From positions 434,001 through 498,000 of IMG/VR virus record IMGVR_UViG_3300046665_000548: a DNA stretch of 64,000 bases; one strand, 5' to 3'. The notes beneath the pieces are model-generated. The model was not told the origin of the DNA. It saw only the letters and a list, made by a program, of their open reading frames with translations, and made no database searches. This document shows positions 8,919 to 17,800 of this stretch, piece after piece; position 1 is the stretch's first letter; the number at the start of each line of letters is the position of its first letter. A program made the translations under genes and the position numbers.

Positions 8919-9443
8919 TTAAGTGGTCGGCATTACGCCGTCGAACAGGTATACGACTGGTTGGAAATCGACGCTTTCTTCTTCGATGATTTCCGAAATA
9001 ATTTTCCAAGAACCACCAGCTAGTCCTGCGCCGATCAGGGGGAAAGCTACGGTATCGATACGACCAAAGTAGTTGATAGCTCCCTGAACCTGCGATGCTT
9101 TGGCGGTCGCGTTGATCTGCTGCATGACCTTACGAATCGCATCGTAGTCCGCATATCTCACGCCATCTGGTTCGTACGATTTACGATAGGTCTCCTGGGT
9201 GATCGCGTTGATGATGACGTGCTTTTCGCCCATCACCCAAACTGCCGTGCCGAGTGGAATAAACTTCTCACCTCGGGATATCGCTCCTGCGTGAGCATTC
9301 ATATAGAATTCATACGCGGCCGGTTCTTGTTCGCGAACCTGCTTTGCGATCCCCTTGCCCATCTTGCCTTGGGCGTTGCAGCCATGGCAGATGACTCTCT
9401 CGGGTGCGGCGAGCAGATCGCCGGTCTTATAAATGATCTTCAT
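8919..9443 (-). CDS. Macrodomain protein (ADP-ribose binding/hydrolase, T4 Tk.4-like)
   Basis: GDLL...HGCNAQGKMGKGIA...AFPLIGAGLAGGSW. Confidence 0.88.
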   Translation of the reverse strand: MKIIYKTGDLLAAPERVICHGCNAQGKMGKGIAKQVREQEPAAYEFYMNAHAGAISRGEKFIPLGTAVWVMGEKHVIINAITQETYRKSYEPDGVRYADYDAIRKVMQQINATAKASQVQGAINYFGRIDTVAFPLIGAGLAGGSWKIISEIIEEESVDFQPVVYLFDGVMPTT

Positions 9444-9672
9444 GCAAAATCTTCCTATCGCAAATTAGCTTAAACGCGACAGCGCCTTCATTGGTCTGAA
9501 ATGAGACCTTGGTCGTCTGCCAATCGATTATCCGGATGCTTGGATTCTCCGATCCAAGCTCGCCAAGTCGCCAGACTATCTCAAGCAGATTGTTAATGGC
9601 AACATCTAGTGTCCTGTACAGCGAGCTACCATGTTCGTTGGAGTCAACGGTCTCGATGATGAATTCAATCAT
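9427..9672 (-). CDS. Small paralogue-family protein
   Basis: VSFQTNEGAVAFKLICD. Confidence 0.6.
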   Translation of the reverse strand: MIEFIIETVDSNEHGSSLYRTLDVAINNLLEIVWRLGELGSENPSIRIIDWQTTKVSFQTNEGAVAFKLICDRKILHEDHL

Positions 9673-9919
9673 TAGAAGCCCAGCCGCCCTCCTCGGGCTC
9701 TTCGAAGACCTCGCGCGTCACGGCATCCATCATGGCGCGCTCCAAACTACTGACGATATCTTTCGGTCCATCCTCGGCATCGCATGCGAACGAGCAGGGA
9801 TCGGCGGTCATCGCATATGCTTGTCCAAGCTTATTGAAGTATACCTCGTGAAGACCGTAGCCTTTGTCGTCGCGATATTTCACTATTCGATAGTGCCATG
9901 ACATAATAACTACTCTCAC
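9665..9919 (-). CDS. Hypothetical phage protein
   Basis: WHYRIVK...YGLHEVYF; coupled ORF. Confidence 0.6.
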   Translation of the reverse strand: MRVVIMSWHYRIVKYRDDKGYGLHEVYFNKLGQAYAMTADPCSFACDAEDGPKDIVSSLERAMMDAVTREVFEEPEEGGWASND

Positions 9920-9936
9920 TCGATAATGGAAGTTAC

Positions 9937-10833
9937 GTGGACAAAATTAGACTGAAAGACGTTCCCCTTCACCTTACCACATTCTCGTACATCAGAGAGG
10001 TCTCTGACTGGCGCGATGTGGCTCGAAAGTGCAAGCCGTCTCGCAAGTACCCAGACGTTATTGAGTTCGAAGGAACGTGGATCGATTACCCCAAGCTTCA
10101 ACAGTCTGTCACTGAGGGTTTCGAAACCTTTGGTGAGTTCGGATGGATCAGAACATCTGGGGAGAACAACACCTATACGGGCGTCTCGCTGGTCTACAAT
10201 CCGGATCACCAAGATGGCATCAATATCCACCAGTCCACCTTGGGTACGCCGAAGAACGACGTAGGGCAATATTTTTGGAACAAAACCGATGGTCACGCGG
10301 TGAAGAAGAACAGTTACTTCGACACATATGGCTTTCGTATCCCAACCCCTTTCGCGCAGACCGACTATGTGGGAGAGATTCTGAAGAAATTCACCCTCTC
10401 ACCTATTCGGTCGCGCGTCTCAAACATTCACGCCATTGAACCGGTCGTGAAGGTCGCCAATCCGGACGATCCGATCCGGAATCCGATGGGCTACGACAAG
10501 CGGTGGCACAAAGACGAAACCATTTTCGAGAACGTGCGCATGAACATCCCGATCCGGACTGCGCCGGAATTCATGTTCGAGCTTGACGGCCATGACCCAC
10601 AACATCTGGAAGTCGGCAAACTCTATACCTGGGACACCTATAAGGAACATGGTGTATTCGCGTTGGAGAACACCGGAGCCTGTCGCACCCATATGGTGTT
10701 GGGCTTCTCCCCGTGGTGGCGGTACGACGCGGAAGATGAATCCTGGAGCAAAAACGAGTTCTACGGCAAACATCCCTGGGATATGTACCACGATGGGGAT
10801 ATCTGTCCGGGCTTGATCATATCTAATCTGTAA
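9937..10833 (+). CDS. AspH-like 2OG-Fe(II) oxygenase
   Basis: WHKD (HxD), RMNIPI, WDTYKEHGV (distal His), RTHMVLG (Arg). Confidence 0.65.
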   Translation: MDKIRLKDVPLHLTTFSYIREVSDWRDVARKCKPSRKYPDVIEFEGTWIDYPKLQQSVTEGFETFGEFGWIRTSGENNTYTGVSLVYNPDHQDGINIHQSTLGTPKNDVGQYFWNKTDGHAVKKNSYFDTYGFRIPTPFAQTDYVGEILKKFTLSPIRSRVSNIHAIEPVVKVANPDDPIRNPMGYDKRWHKDETIFENVRMNIPIRTAPEFMFELDGHDPQHLEVGKLYTWDTYKEHGVFALENTGACRTHMVLGFSPWWRYDAEDESWSKNEFYGKHPWDMYHDGDICPGLIISNL

Positions 10834-10839
10834 AAACGC

Positions 10840-10867
10840 TTGACGAAACCTCGTTTCCTGGTAGATT
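10840..10867 (+). promoter_or_regulatory. Early promoter TTGACG-N16-TAGATT
   Basis: Recurring motif upstream of the J-domain gene. Confidence 0.75.
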
Positions 10868-10886
10868 GCTAGAAACGGAGAATCAT

Positions 10887-11642
10887 ATGAGCGGCTTTGA
10901 TCTTTTTCAGAATCCCGATGGTGCCGATTTCCAGGCACAGGCAGTTCTTGCCTACTTGCGTGACCGCCTGGGCTCTGGGATCGAGCAGAGTTGGGACCCC
11001 ACGTATCATCGCTACACGGCAGAGCCGAAGGTAACCCGCTACGACAATGGTCGCGAGCAGGGTTACATCGTGTACATGCGTGGCCGCGATTACAGCGATC
11101 AGATCAACATCGCGTTCTACGAACATCGTAACAGCGACAACATCTGCGCGGTCAAGTCGAACCAGCGCACCTTCAACGCGCCTCTCCTTGACGATATTTT
11201 GAAGGTCATGACGGACAAGTACGACACTACTAAGACCGTGGGCGTCGGTCAGGCGTACGAACTCGCCGGATGGATCGCGGATCAGCTTATCGAGTTTTGG
11301 GATGAGACCGAACTGAACGCGGCAGATCGCACGCGTAAGCGTGAGGAAGAAACCCGTAAGTGGGAGGAATCCGCCGCTAACGCCCGCAAGAAGGCTTACG
11401 AGGAAGATACTAAGCGCAAGGAAGGCGCGCATCGCCGGGCACGCTCCACCGCCCGCAGCGCCCCCCGTAGCTGGTGGGAGGTCCTTGGGGTGACCCGGAA
11501 CTGTACCCAGGCCGAGGCAAGGACGGCTTGGCGCAAGCTGGCCATGAAGAACCATCCGGATAGTGGTGGGGACACGGAGACCATGCAGGAGATCAACGCG
11601 GCATGGACCGAAGCTCAGCGAGGATTCAAGAAGGCTGCATAA
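10887..11642 (+). CDS. Protein with C-terminal DnaJ (J) domain
   Basis: WWEVLGV...AWRKLAMKNHPDSGGD...MQEINAAW (HPD motif); GGAG before ATG 10887. Confidence 0.85.
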   Translation: MSGFDLFQNPDGADFQAQAVLAYLRDRLGSGIEQSWDPTYHRYTAEPKVTRYDNGREQGYIVYMRGRDYSDQINIAFYEHRNSDNICAVKSNQRTFNAPLLDDILKVMTDKYDTTKTVGVGQAYELAGWIADQLIEFWDETELNAADRTRKREEETRKWEESAANARKKAYEEDTKRKEGAHRRARSTARSAPRSWWEVLGVTRNCTQAEARTAWRKLAMKNHPDSGGDTETMQEINAAWTEAQRGFKKAA

Positions 11643-11644
11643 GG

Positions 11645-11671
11645 AAAGGGCGGCCCTAGAGCCGCCCTTTT
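11645..11671. terminator. Bidirectional intrinsic terminator
   Basis: AAAGGGCGGC-cctaga-GCCGCCCTTT(T) between convergent genes. Confidence 0.8.
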
Positions 11672-11882
11672 ACTTGTTGAACCACACGACGTGCGTGGCA
11701 TCAGGTGGCATTTCTTCAATCTTGCTCGGCAACAGATAAACGTCAGGCGCACATTTGCCATTCTTCACCGGATGCCCAAAACCGTCATAGTCGGTGAAGA
11801 AATGATCGCGCACGCTCTCCAGAAAGTCCGCAACCGTGTATATGTCGTCGCCTAGCGTGACCTGTTCGGTGTAGGACGCCAT
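11670..11882 (-). CDS. Hypothetical protein
   Basis: Last gene of the minus-strand operon. Confidence 0.6.
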   Translation of the reverse strand: MASYTEQVTLGDDIYTVADFLESVRDHFFTDYDGFGHPVKNGKCAPDVYLLPSKIEEMPPDATHVVWFNK

Positions 11883-12349
11883 TACGCGTCCTCGTCTTCA
11901 TCTTCGTCGGCAGACTCGGCCTTGGAAATGGCCTCGGCCAGGGGCGTATATGTCGGGCCTAAGCGCCGATCCTCGAAGAGAAACCAGCCGCCATCCTTCC
12001 ACACATAGGTGTATTCGTTGAGGTCACCAGCCTTGATAGCGGCTTTGATGCTGTCGAACACCTTGGTGTCAACATCCTCCTCGCCACGATCTCGACCATA
12101 ATAGGTGGTGTATCCTTTCACGGGCTTGTCGTAACTGTGCCCCGGAGGCTTGTCACACATCGGCCCCAGGGAAGAGATATCGCCGGGCGCAACCAGTGCT
12201 TCTGCAAGCTCCTGCGACGTGTAATGATCCCGCAGGATCACGCCATTGTGGGACAGATAGCCGTCCCAATGGCAGTAGATGCGGCGAGCCTTGCCGTCTG
12301 TACATTCTACGATCACATCACTGCGCGTTCCCATTTGCTCTCCTGCCAA
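11882..12349 (-). CDS. Conserved hypothetical phage protein
   Basis: MGTRS...IYCHWDGYL...LRDHY; acidic tail. Confidence 0.7.
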   Translation of the reverse strand: MAGEQMGTRSDVIVECTDGKARRIYCHWDGYLSHNGVILRDHYTSQELAEALVAPGDISSLGPMCDKPPGHSYDKPVKGYTTYYGRDRGEEDVDTKVFDSIKAAIKAGDLNEYTYVWKDGGWFLFEDRRLGPTYTPLAEAISKAESADEDEDEDA

Positions 12350-12351
12350 GA

Positions 12352-12681
12352 TTAAGAATCAAAGACACCGCACAGCTTGGCATGCAAGGTATCTCGGTTG
12401 AAATGTTCGAAATCGCCTTCGAAGCGGTCAAAGCTGACCTCTCGCGTCGCTCGTCTGGACAGCAATGTCAGCTTCCACCGGCCGCATTCGTAGCGAATGC
12501 GGTCGTGAGTTCGACTGTTCTCCCATGACATAAGGAGGGGATCAGTTATCCAGAAGACACGAATAGTGCGCTGATCGGAAATAGCAACGCGCTTGGCTTC
12601 GGTTGGTCCATAGTTGCCGCCGCCCGGTATAACCGAGCGCCAAGACAGGCAAAGGTCCTGATCAGGTTTCATCAGAATCAA
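12352..12681 (-). CDS. Hypothetical protein (related C-terminus to 14199..14642)
   Basis: FEGDFEHFNRDTLHAKL. Confidence 0.55.
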   Translation of the reverse strand: MILMKPDQDLCLSWRSVIPGGGNYGPTEAKRVAISDQRTIRVFWITDPLLMSWENSRTHDRIRYECGRWKLTLLSRRATREVSFDRFEGDFEHFNRDTLHAKLCGVFDS

Positions 12682-12922
12682 GCAAGCTCTCCAGAATTTT
12701 TACGGCTTCCTCTTTCGTCTCGTATCCGCGAATACCAAGCTGCTTGCGCGTGTCGAAGAACATCTGCGCCATCTTCGCCACTCCGCCCGTGGACATGTTC
12801 AAAAACACGCTGTTGTGGGCGACCTGTGGGCCTGTGAAATGCTCGGCAATGGCTTCGATGGTTTTCGCGCGGCTCATGGGAGGTTCCTCAGACGGAGCAG
12901 TACAATGGTTCTTTGCGGGCAA
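12662..12922 (-). CDS. Hypothetical protein
   Basis: In-operon ORF. Confidence 0.55.
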   Translation of the reverse strand: MPAKNHCTAPSEEPPMSRAKTIEAIAEHFTGPQVAHNSVFLNMSTGGVAKMAQMFFDTRKQLGIRGYETKEEAVKILESLLDSDET

Positions 12923-13457
12923 TCGCCTTGTCGAGCAGGGCGATCAGGTTTTCGCGCTTGTTAGCGAACATTTGGTGCCATTCTTTGACACTGTTGCCCT
13001 TCTCGTGAAAATTGATCTTGTCCCAGGCCCGGCCCTTCGGGGGCTTGCTCTTCTCCGCCGCCCATGCCTTGACGCGCGCCTCCAAATCGATCTCTTCGAG
13101 ATATTTCTTGAGCCGCTTCATGCTGGTGACAGACATGCGGCGTTGCTTGTTGATCAGCTTGCCGACAGGGGAATGCTTGGAGCCTCCGTTCACGTCCGCA
13201 GCTTGCCACCAGGAAAGCCCTAGGACGCCGAATAGGCTGCTTGCGTTGTAGGAGTCGCGATAGTATCCATCGTCGGGATACATCGCGTCATACGCCTCCC
13301 CAACGGCTTCCTGGAGCTTCTTATAAGCGCGGCTGTTGCCGGAGTTCGGATTCTCCTGTGCAAAGATGTCGCGAGCCGCGCAGGCCGCATTGAACCGGGG
13401 CTCCCACTTTGCTCTGGCAGCGTCCGAAATGCTCTTGAGGTAAATGTCAGCGCCCAT
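12888..13457 (-). CDS. Hypothetical protein
   Basis: Likely start MGADIYLKS at 13457. Confidence 0.65.
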   Translation of the reverse strand: MGADIYLKSISDAARAKWEPRFNAACAARDIFAQENPNSGNSRAYKKLQEAVGEAYDAMYPDDGYYRDSYNASSLFGVLGLSWWQAADVNGGSKHSPVGKLINKQRRMSVTSMKRLKKYLEEIDLEARVKAWAAEKSKPPKGRAWDKINFHEKGNSVKEWHQMFANKRENLIALLDKAIARKEPLYCSV

Positions 13458-13713
13458 CGTTATTCTCCAGTTTTGCGTACACCGTATCCATGAGGTCGCG
13501 CCAATCACCGTTGGCTTCCGCCCAATCGTAAAAGCCGGATTCGGTCTGGCCAGCAGCAACAGCGTTGCGCCATGCCGTGCGGAGTTCGTTGGCTGCCTGC
13601 TCGTGCGGCGAGTCGGGCTTCAAAGCGGGGCAAGTTTCATCTTCCCCGTATTTGCACGAGCCTAGGTTCTCACCGAAGTTGCAATGTGTCAGATGTACGC
13701 CGTCGCTGGACAT
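13447..13713 (-). CDS. Hypothetical protein
   Basis: In-operon ORF. Confidence 0.6.
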   Translation of the reverse strand: MSSDGVHLTHCNFGENLGSCKYGEDETCPALKPDSPHEQAANELRTAWRNAVAAGQTESGFYDWAEANGDWRDLMDTVYAKLENNDGR

Positions 13714-14141
13714 TATTTTTTGAATACCTTCTTGAACGTCTCGTCCATGCTCTTGAAGGTTTTGTCCATGCTCTCGCCCATGTCCTTGAACACGTCGTCC
13801 ATGGCGGCGAATTGTTCGTCGGCCTGATCCGTGTATTTTTTGATGAAAGCTTCCGGATCATCGACGTTCTCGGACTCGACCACTTTGCCGTTTTCCGTCC
13901 GAACGAACTTGCGCACACCGTTATCGGTGATGCTGATGCTCACGCTTTCGGTTTTATTCACCGCTCCGCGTGTCCACGTGTAAGAGTTTTCTTGTTCGGC
14001 ATGGAGGCGATCCAAGTAATCGTCCTCAGGCGTGGACTTTTTTCCACTGCCTCCGAATACCGAAGCAAAGCCGTTGCCTATAGCGGCAAGGCCGTCACCA
14101 ATGAGGGCCAGTCCGTCACCGATAACGCTGAGAAATTTCAT
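13713..14141 (-). CDS. Hypothetical protein with short amphipathic repeats
   Basis: IGDGLA repeats at the N-terminus; M(D/G)xxF repeats at the C-terminus. Confidence 0.65.
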   Translation of the reverse strand: MKFLSVIGDGLALIGDGLAAIGNGFASVFGGSGKKSTPEDDYLDRLHAEQENSYTWTRGAVNKTESVSISITDNGVRKFVRTENGKVVESENVDDPEAFIKKYTDQADEQFAAMDDVFKDMGESMDKTFKSMDETFKKVFKK

Positions 14142-14174
14142 ATGATCACGCCCACGGTTTGAATCAGATTACGC

Positions 14175-14202
14175 ATCATGCCACGGTTTAGACATTCGTC
14201 AA
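14175..14202 (-). promoter_or_regulatory. Early promoter TTGACG-N16-CATGAT
   Basis: Heads the 11.7-14.1 kb minus-strand operon. Confidence 0.65.
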
Positions 14203-14642
14203 GCGATTTTTCGGTGGTTCTTCCGGTCTCGAAACAACTTCACAATACAAAGATCGTTTTCGAACTGTCCGAAATCTCCACGAAATCTGATATCTATTAT
14301 GCGCCATCCTTTGGGTGAATTGATCGCGCTATAGTCCACTCGCCAAGACTGTTCTTCATCACTCTTCATCCCAAGAGCGGTATGTTTTACCATGTATTGG
14401 CTCACCCGAAATGAGCGGGTGCCAATCGTTCTCCGGCTTACTAAGTTACTGCGATACTTTTCATAATAGGTGCTCGGTCGGCGCACGAACCAATACAGAA
14501 CATGCACGTGATATTGCTCAAGCTGATGCTCGGTCTTCTTGTGTTGTGATTCGATGAAGCATGTGTTGGGCCACTTTTCTTTACCTAGTGCGAAGCGGCG
14601 CATCATTTTTTGGCTATCCGAGAAATTGGTCGATTTACCCAT
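14199..14642 (-). CDS. Hypothetical protein, possible paralogue-family member
   Basis: IRFRGDFGQFENDLCIVKLFRD. Confidence 0.55.
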   Translation of the reverse strand: MGKSTNFSDSQKMMRRFALGKEKWPNTCFIESQHKKTEHQLEQYHVHVLYWFVRRPSTYYEKYRSNLVSRRTIGTRSFRVSQYMVKHTALGMKSDEEQSWRVDYSAINSPKGWRIIDIRFRGDFGQFENDLCIVKLFRDRKNHRKIA

Positions 14643-14699
14643 GCCATAGTTTTGTAAAACGTCAAGTGTTTTCTATTTGCGTCTTGAACGAAATAGTCG

Positions 14700-14707
14700 T
14701 ATAAATA
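14700..14707 (+). promoter_or_regulatory. T4-like late promoter TATAAATA
   Basis: Perfect T4 gp55 consensus 53 nt upstream of nadM. Confidence 0.65.
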
Positions 14708-14760
14708 ATCACGGATGGCGATAGACGCCTTCCCGTAACATACCGATTAGGAGTCTAATC

Positions 14761-15837
14761 GTGCGCAATAGCACAACAAAAGGCACGCCAGCGCGTGTCG
14801 AAAAACCCCCGTACAATCTCGCCGTCTTCATAGGCCGTTTCCAGCCCTTCCACCCCGGCCATCTGCACGTTTTGCAGAGTGCTTTGGATAGTGCTGACGC
14901 GCTCACAGTTCTGGTCGGCTCCTCGAATGAGCCCCGCACATATCACAATCCGTTCACGTTCGAAGAGCGTAAACGGATGATCGAAGCTAGCCTTGCGCCA
15001 GAGCTTCGGTCACGCGTGCTGATCCTACCCATCCACGATCACATGTACAACAATTCGGCATGGGTCCTGGAAGTGCAGGATGTCGTGAACGAAGCGAAAG
15101 ACCACTTTGGTCTGAAGAATTCAGCCAAGGTCGCGCTCGTCGGTCACAGCAAAGACCACACGAGCTTCTACCTCAAGATGTTCCCTCAGTGGGGAGCTAT
15201 GGAGGTTGGAAATTTCCGCAGCATCAGCGCCACACCGATCCGTGATCTGTTCTTCAATACTCGCACGTACAGTAACTTTTGTCTGTCGGTCGGTGACGAA
15301 CTGGAGCAGCCGGTACTGGACGTTCTCTACAAGTTCGCGAACGAGGAATGCTATCGCGATTTGATCGCGGAGTACGAACACGTCCGTAGACTACAGCAGC
15401 CCTATTTGGGTCTGCCGTATAAGCCGATCTTCCAGACCGTGGATGCCTGCATTGTGCAGTCCGGACACGTGCTGATGATCAAGCGACGCAGCCTTCCTGG
15501 TCGCGGCCTGTGGGCTCTACCGGGCGGGTTCATCAAGGCCGAAGAGACCATCAACGATGGTATGATTCGGATCGTTCGGGACAAGACGAAGATCGAAATC
15601 CCGGAACGTGTTCTTCGGATGTCGATGACGACAAATCGGCGCTTCGATGATCCTCATCGTTCGTCAAGAGGTCGGACTATCACTGACGCTTTCCTGCTTC
15701 GACTTCAGGATAACGTCGAACTGCCTAAGGTGGCCAAGTCAGAAGATATTCAGTGGTGGCCCATCGCGGATGTTCAGCGAAACATGTGCTTTGAAGATCA
15801 CTACTACATTCTGAGCAACCTCCTCAGTATATCGTAA
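14761..15837 (+). CDS. nadM: Bifunctional NMN adenylyltransferase / Nudix ADP-ribose pyrophosphatase (NadM-Nudix)
   Basis: IGRFQPFHPGH, NPFTFEER, ISATPIR; C-terminal GLWALPGGF Nudix domain (Nudix box atypical); AGGAG RBS. Confidence 0.93.
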   Translation: MRNSTTKGTPARVEKPPYNLAVFIGRFQPFHPGHLHVLQSALDSADALTVLVGSSNEPRTYHNPFTFEERKRMIEASLAPELRSRVLILPIHDHMYNNSAWVLEVQDVVNEAKDHFGLKNSAKVALVGHSKDHTSFYLKMFPQWGAMEVGNFRSISATPIRDLFFNTRTYSNFCLSVGDELEQPVLDVLYKFANEECYRDLIAEYEHVRRLQQPYLGLPYKPIFQTVDACIVQSGHVLMIKRRSLPGRGLWALPGGFIKAEETINDGMIRIVRDKTKIEIPERVLRMSMTTNRRFDDPHRSSRGRTITDAFLLRLQDNVELPKVAKSEDIQWWPIADVQRNMCFEDHYYILSNLLSIS

Positions 15838-15927
15838 TCGTTTTCACTATTCCCAATCTACCAGAAGTTCTATAAGACGGCGAGATATACTCGGCGCATG
15901 AACATTACCCCAAAGGAGCCTTTGGCT

Positions 15928-17367
15928 ATGACTAACCTATTTTCTGTTCCCCTACTCGCTCAAGCAACCCGCGCCGAACGCGAAGCATTTGCTCTCGCAA
16001 TGTTCAACAATCCGTGCATCATGACGGACAGTTACAAGGCCAGCCATTACTTGCAGTATCCGCCGAACACCAACTACGTTTATAGCTACATCGAGAGCCG
16101 TGGCGGCCGGTGGGCTAAGACGGTCTGGTTCGGCGCACAGGGCCTAATCAAGAAGCACCTGCGTACGCGCGTGACGCGCGAAATGGTCGAGGTCGCGAAG
16201 CTGTTCTGGGCCGCACACGGCGAGCCCTTTAACTACGACGGCTGGATGTACATCGTTGAGAAATACAAGGGTCGTATCCCGTTGACGATCAAGGCCGCGC
16301 CAGAAGGCATGGTCATCCCGACGCACAACATTCTGCTGTCGGTGATCAACAACGACCCGAACCTCGGCTGGCTCACCAGTTGGTTCGAGACCCTTCTTCT
16401 GCGCGTCTGGCACGCCACGACGGTTTCGACCGGCTCCTGGTACTGCAAGCAGATGATCATGGAAGCTCTGAACGTATCGTCGGATATCCCCGAAGAAGCG
16501 ATCCTGTTCGCTTTGCATGATTTCGGTATGCGCGGTGCGGTCGATTCATCGCTGTCTGGCGCTGGTCACCTTGTCCACTTCATGGGCACCGACAACACCG
16601 AGGGTATCATCGGCGCGATGGCGTTCTACGATGCGCAGATGTGCGGCCTGTCGATCCCCGCTGCCGAACATTCGTCCATCACGTCCTGGGGCCGCGAGAA
16701 CGAGGTCGAGGCGTATCGCAACATGCTTCGCCAGTTCGCCAAGCCCGGCACCATGGTGGCAGTGGTTTCGGACAGCTACGATCTGTGGAACGCCATCGAT
16801 AACCTGTGGGGCGACAAGCTTCGCCAGGAGGTGATCGACAGCGGCGCGGTCGTCGTGGTTCGCCCCGATTCGGGTGATCCGACCGTCGTTCCGATCCAGG
16901 CCATTCAGCGTCTGGATGCGCGCTTCGGTTCGACCGTCAACAGCAAGGGCTATCGCGTTCTCAAGAACGTGAAGGTCATTCAGGGCGACGGCATCACACC
17001 GGACACGATCCCGGTGATCCTGAAGAACCTGCTGGCGGCTGGCTACTCGGCCGAGAACCTTGCCTTCGGTATGGGCGGCGGACTGCACACGGTCGGCATC
17101 GACCGCGACACGCAAAAGTTCGCGATGAAGTGCTCGGCCGCGCTGGTCGATGGTACCTGGATCGATGTGTTCAAGGACCCGGCCACCGATCCTGGCAAGC
17201 GTTCGAAGAAGGGCAAGCTGGCGCTGGTCAAGAACGACGCTGGCGAGTTCGAGACCGTGCCGCTGGAGGGCAACGAGGATCGCGATCTCCTCGTAACCAT
17301 CTACGACAACGGCGACATCGTGAAGGACTGGACCTTCGAAGAGGTTCGCGCCAACGCCGCTGCATAA
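15928..17367 (+). CDS. nadV: Nicotinamide phosphoribosyltransferase (Nampt)
   Basis: TDSYKASH, LHDFG, PAAEHS, VSDSYD, VRPDSGDP, IQGDG, FGMGGG, KKSKKG-like motifs; AAGGAG before ATG 15928. Confidence 0.95.
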   Translation: MTNLFSVPLLAQATRAEREAFALAMFNNPCIMTDSYKASHYLQYPPNTNYVYSYIESRGGRWAKTVWFGAQGLIKKHLRTRVTREMVEVAKLFWAAHGEPFNYDGWMYIVEKYKGRIPLTIKAAPEGMVIPTHNILLSVINNDPNLGWLTSWFETLLLRVWHATTVSTGSWYCKQMIMEALNVSSDIPEEAILFALHDFGMRGAVDSSLSGAGHLVHFMGTDNTEGIIGAMAFYDAQMCGLSIPAAEHSSITSWGRENEVEAYRNMLRQFAKPGTMVAVVSDSYDLWNAIDNLWGDKLRQEVIDSGAVVVVRPDSGDPTVVPIQAIQRLDARFGSTVNSKGYRVLKNVKVIQGDGITPDTIPVILKNLLAAGYSAENLAFGMGGGLHTVGIDRDTQKFAMKCSAALVDGTWIDVFKDPATDPGKRSKKGKLALVKNDAGEFETVPLEGNEDRDLLVTIYDNGDIVKDWTFEEVRANAAA

Positions 17368-17385
17368 ATCATTCATGAAAGGAAC

Positions 17386-17409
17386 AGGGCCGGGATTAAC
17401 CCCGGCCCT
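17386..17409 (+). terminator. GC-rich hairpin after nadV
   Basis: AGGGCCGGG-attaac-CCCGGCCCT; weak U-tract. Confidence 0.55.
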
Positions 17410-17421
17410 AGCCTCGAATGA

Positions 17422-17727
17422 ATGAATGACTCGCTTCAGCGAATCAAATTTGTCTCAAGACGCAAAAGATTAACCGATGGCAATCTCTACTACGTAGTCG
17501 AGTATATCGATTACTCATTGGCGTTCGGTTACTTTGGCGTCCCTGGTAACTCGGCAGAAGAATTACACACCGAGCTAATGAATTCCGTCTCTGGAAACGT
17601 GCTATCGGAGCCAATTCGATTACAGAGGGTGTCGATGGCTTGCATCATTGGTTGGCGATTCTTTGTTCGCGAAACCAATGATGTCGTATACCTGAAACTG
17701 CTCGGAGACGCCGTTTTCCAACGGTAG
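17422..17727 (+). CDS. Small paralogue-family protein
   Basis: WRFFVRETNDVVYLKLLGD. Confidence 0.55.
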   Translation: MNDSLQRIKFVSRRKRLTDGNLYYVVEYIDYSLAFGYFGVPGNSAEELHTELMNSVSGNVLSEPIRLQRVSMACIIGWRFFVRETNDVVYLKLLGDAVFQR

Positions 17728-17800
17728 GCAGGAGGGGGTTGCTCAGGGTTTTTGGCTGGTGTAGATTCATGACATTAGTCCTCATGGAGACCCCTAGCTT

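Noticed and set aside
14637-14664. Eleventh early promoter (TTGACG-N16-CATGGG)
   Set aside because: The -10 lacks the final T and overlaps the annotated ATG; possible but too weak to list.
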